A stretch of DNA of 64,000 nucleotides from Hormiphora californensis. Taxonomy: Eukaryota; Animalia; Ctenophora. The notes under the pieces are model-generated. The model saw nothing but the letters and a program-made list of their open reading frames with translations, did not search any database and was not told the origin of the DNA. Of this stretch, positions 60,719-64,000 are shown one piece after another; positions within the stretch are counted from its first letter, which is position 1, and each line of letters starts with the position of its first letter. The DNA is taken from the NCBI GenBank assembly GCA_020137815.1, contig CM035360.1:4898001-4962000 (forward strand), written 5' to 3'. The translations under genes were made by a program, and so were the position numbers.

Positions 60719-62900
60719 GCCCCTTAATGTGAAAATTCCCGGTGGGAATCTAGCCTGGCAACGGGGGCGGCAGGGGCGCACAACTCGGAGTGGGACAAAC
60801 GGCCCCCCAAAATTAATTGGGTTTTAAAAATTGCACTCTCCCAAAACCGCACGCCCCCCCGAGGAGGGGGGGAGGGGGGGAAAGCGGCTGTTTTCCCCCC
60901 TTTCCCTTTTGGGTTGATGATTTCCAAACCCAATTTGCACCTTACGGGTCCCGCCCATACGGGGTTTGTCACACAATGGGGGGGGGGGAGAAAGATAGGG
61001 GAAAGATAGAAAGGGATAGAGAGAGAGGAGTTTTGGAGTTAGAGAAGAGAGAGGGGAAAAGGAAGAGAATGCGAGAGAAAATAATAGGGGAAGAAGAGAT
61101 AGGAGAGCCAGAAAAATAGAATGGGGGAGAGAGAGAAAGTTTTAATTCAAAAACCAGTTACCAGGGGGGAGCTGGCTAAAAGGGATTATTGTCGGGGGTT
61201 TTTGGTCTCCCCCAGCGTGGAACTACCACTTTAAAACTGGCTAACTCATTATAAACAAAAGGGAGGATAAAAAATTTGCAGGGGGAGAAAGCTGAAATTT
61301 TTTAATTTCCCTGCTGCGTACCCAAAAAAATTTAGGTGAAAATCAGATTCTCTTTTTTCAAAAGAATTGTACAAAATAAGGCGAAAATTGATACGTTTGA
61401 CTCGAAAGGATGGATTTTCTTTAAGCAATCCATAAAAGGCTCTGGCCGTTGGGCCAAATTTGGAAGTCTTACTTCTAAACTGCCCCTGAAAAAAGAGGAA
61501 GGAGAGAAGAGAAGGGGAAAGAAAAGAAAAGGGGAAGAAGAGAGAGAAAGAGAAGAAGATCCCCCCCTTACCCCCCCCCCGCCCGCTTTTTACGAAATGC
61601 TCCACGGGTTTGGTTGGGTAGACTGCCGGCCGAAAACACGTTACACATTTACCATGTCCCCCCCCCAATGGGGGCAAGGAACCCCAAAAAGTGCATGGGA
61701 ATAGTGCGATAACCAAAAGGGCCAACTTCTACTCAGCTGGGTATTATTAAAATCCCAAAAGGGACCAACGTGGAAAATTTGGGGCTCTGGATCTTCAGAC
61801 TACCCAAAATTTAACTCCCAAGACAAAAAAGGAATAAAAAAAGCGACAAAAATTTACCAGGTCTTTTTGTCTAAATACCACAAAATTTTTCTTTTTCTCC
61901 AACAAAAAAATTCCGCCACTACCATTTCGTTTAAAACCCGCGTTTACTACTTTTGGTTTGGAAGGGTTTAAAAATGCGGGGTTTTTCCAATCGACCGTTA
62001 CTACAAAAAAATAATCCGGGACATACCGGGGGAAAAAAAGGAAAAAAAAGGCAGAAAGTAAAAAGAGAAGCTGAAGAGACTCAAACCCCTTTGGAACACA
62101 GGGTTACAAAAACCCCCTTTTCCCCCTTGGCAGGGGAAACGGGGGGAAATAGACGCTGTTGGGTCATCCCGATGTGGCCCGGGTTTAAGGGCCCCGCATG
62201 CACTTTTTCACCCCCATCTTTTTATTCGTTTAGGGTATAAAAATTATGCGACGGAAAAAGGGGGTTTAGAGAAGAAAGGGAAATGAGAAAGAAAAAAGGG
62301 AGGGGGGAAAAAAGGGGGGCTAATTTAGCTTCAAATACAAATAAACCTACAGGCGAGGTCGCTCATCAAGACCAATCCGAGAGAAATGACAAAAATCTTT
62401 GGGGTTTTCAAACACTCCCCCCCCCTCTCTCTCCTCCCTCTTTCCCCTCTCACCTAATAAAAAGCGTAACCCACACCGACTCTCAACCATCACGGCCAGT
62501 CCAGAGCACGCCTACTTTTCCCACGGACCCGACTCCCTCCCTCTCTGCTAAAAATACGATCGCTCATTGGGTACTGTCTCGAGGGGAGAATACTCGATTG
62601 TGATTGGTCAGTGACCCAGGTCATGTGATCCCCGAAGGAGGAGAGAATATAGCCTTAATCCTTTTTTCGATTCCAGAGGGGGAGATCGTGGGAAAACCCA
62701 ACTGAAAAGGGGGAAAGGGGGGTCCCTTTCTCCCGAGGGGTAAAAGGGGTAAAGGGAAAAAGAGAGAGGGAGAAAAAAGGGAAAAAGGAAAAAGGAAAAA
62801 GAAAAAAGAGGGGAGAAAAAGAGAAAAAAGAAGGAAAAAAAGGGAAAAAAGGGGGGAAAAAAAAAAAAGACATTCAGATAACTTAGAAGGAGCAACCAAT
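60180..62900. other. Low-quality (unpolished) consensus region; same for ~3840-7080
   Basis: Abrupt excess of homopolymer runs and corrupted (GA)n tracts. Confidence 0.75.
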
Positions 62901-64000
62901 GGACCCGGCCCTTCTAGCAGTTTTTTTCCCCATATCACACTATTAAAATCGAGACAAGGGGGACTTTCGTGGCAGAGAGATGGGTTGATACCACCAGACA
63001 GCCCCCATTCAAACAACAGTTGTTGCAGTTCGTAAACAATCGTCAACTCATGCAAGGTTTCTCTCTTTCCCACTCTCTCTGTCTCTCTGACCTCTCTCTC
63101 TAACTCTCTCTCTCCTGACAATATAATCATTTCATGGCTATTGATACATTATGCCCAATCTCCAAGGCTTCCCTACAGTTGTGAAGAAGTGTCTCGTAAA
63201 GTAGGTGGTAAAGACGCGAAAGTCTGTGCTATAATATTCAAGAAGATAATAATAGGAGACGTGAGGTTCTATAATAGTCAAGAAAATAATAGATGTGAGT
63301 GGACACTAAAGATAGAAATGACTGAGGTCTCACATTTGCATCCCAAACCCATAACACGATATCTCTCTCGCTAATACAGCTCCCCACTTACTTAACCAGC
63401 ACACGATCAGCATAATGCGGGGTAGGGGGGGGGGCAATTAGGAGAACAAGAGAGAAGAAGAGATAGATCGGGCACAACAACTCCAGATAGAATAGGGTGA
63501 CGGTAGTCCATGAGGAGAGAGAGGATGAGAGAGAGAGGGTGTGAGAGTGAGAGAGAGAGAGAGAGATTGGACGAGCCACGAGAGCTAGAGATATTACCCA
63601 AATTGGTGTTCTAATGGTACCAGCGGCAGCCGCATAGGGGGTACGCGAAGAGGCTGTCGTGTTTAGTCAACAAGCCCTCCATACTGGTCCCTGATTGGCT
63701 GATAACGAGTCACGTGACCTAACTAACGAGTTCTGATTGGTTGTTTACTTGTGTCGGTCAGTTCCTGCAAGCTCTCCATCTAGGACTTCTTCTTCTTCTC
63801 AGTCTCACTTGGTCTATTAGCCCTCAACAACCCTCTTGGGGGAGTGTGGTGTTTAATGGGGGGAGGGCAGCCCATGAGAGACCGGGAGAGGGGCAGCCCT
63901 TTGTTCCTAGCTGATATCACACAATGGTGACTCAGCAACTGGAGAAAGAATGAGTGGTGATTGAATCCGTCCTTGGAAAAATATTATCTAAAATAGCCAT

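Overview
Animal (eukaryotic) genomic DNA, not prokaryotic: GT-AG introns, (GA)n microsatellites, many palindromic MITE-like elements and one LINE. Gene style suggests a ctenophore or other early-branching animal (inference, not confirmed). Genes I reconstructed by hand-splicing: two paralogous intronless 7TM GPCRs (-, one doubly frameshifted); a tight minus-strand run DALRD3 > EEF1E1 > MZT2 > MRPL15 > ATG5 (ATG5 lacks its 3' exons in the window); THOC6 > rhotekin-like (-), divergent from SYS1 > STAMBP/AMSH > MFF (+); and a HES/hairy bHLH-Orange-WRPW gene (-). Three observations stand out. (1) All 13 genes have a 3' splice-acceptor-like site 1-20 nt before the ATG and some intergenic gaps are only 83-254 bp, which points to spliced-leader trans-splicing and operons. 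(2) ATG5 appears to open a >16 kb intron holding same-strand nested GPCR genes. (3) The HES gene sits in a dense field of CSL/Su(H) sites and HES-type boxes. Two zones (~3840-7080 and ~60180-62900) look like unpolished long-read consensus and are unreliable. Gene names come from recognising motifs, not from database searches; exon limits marked ~ are approximate.
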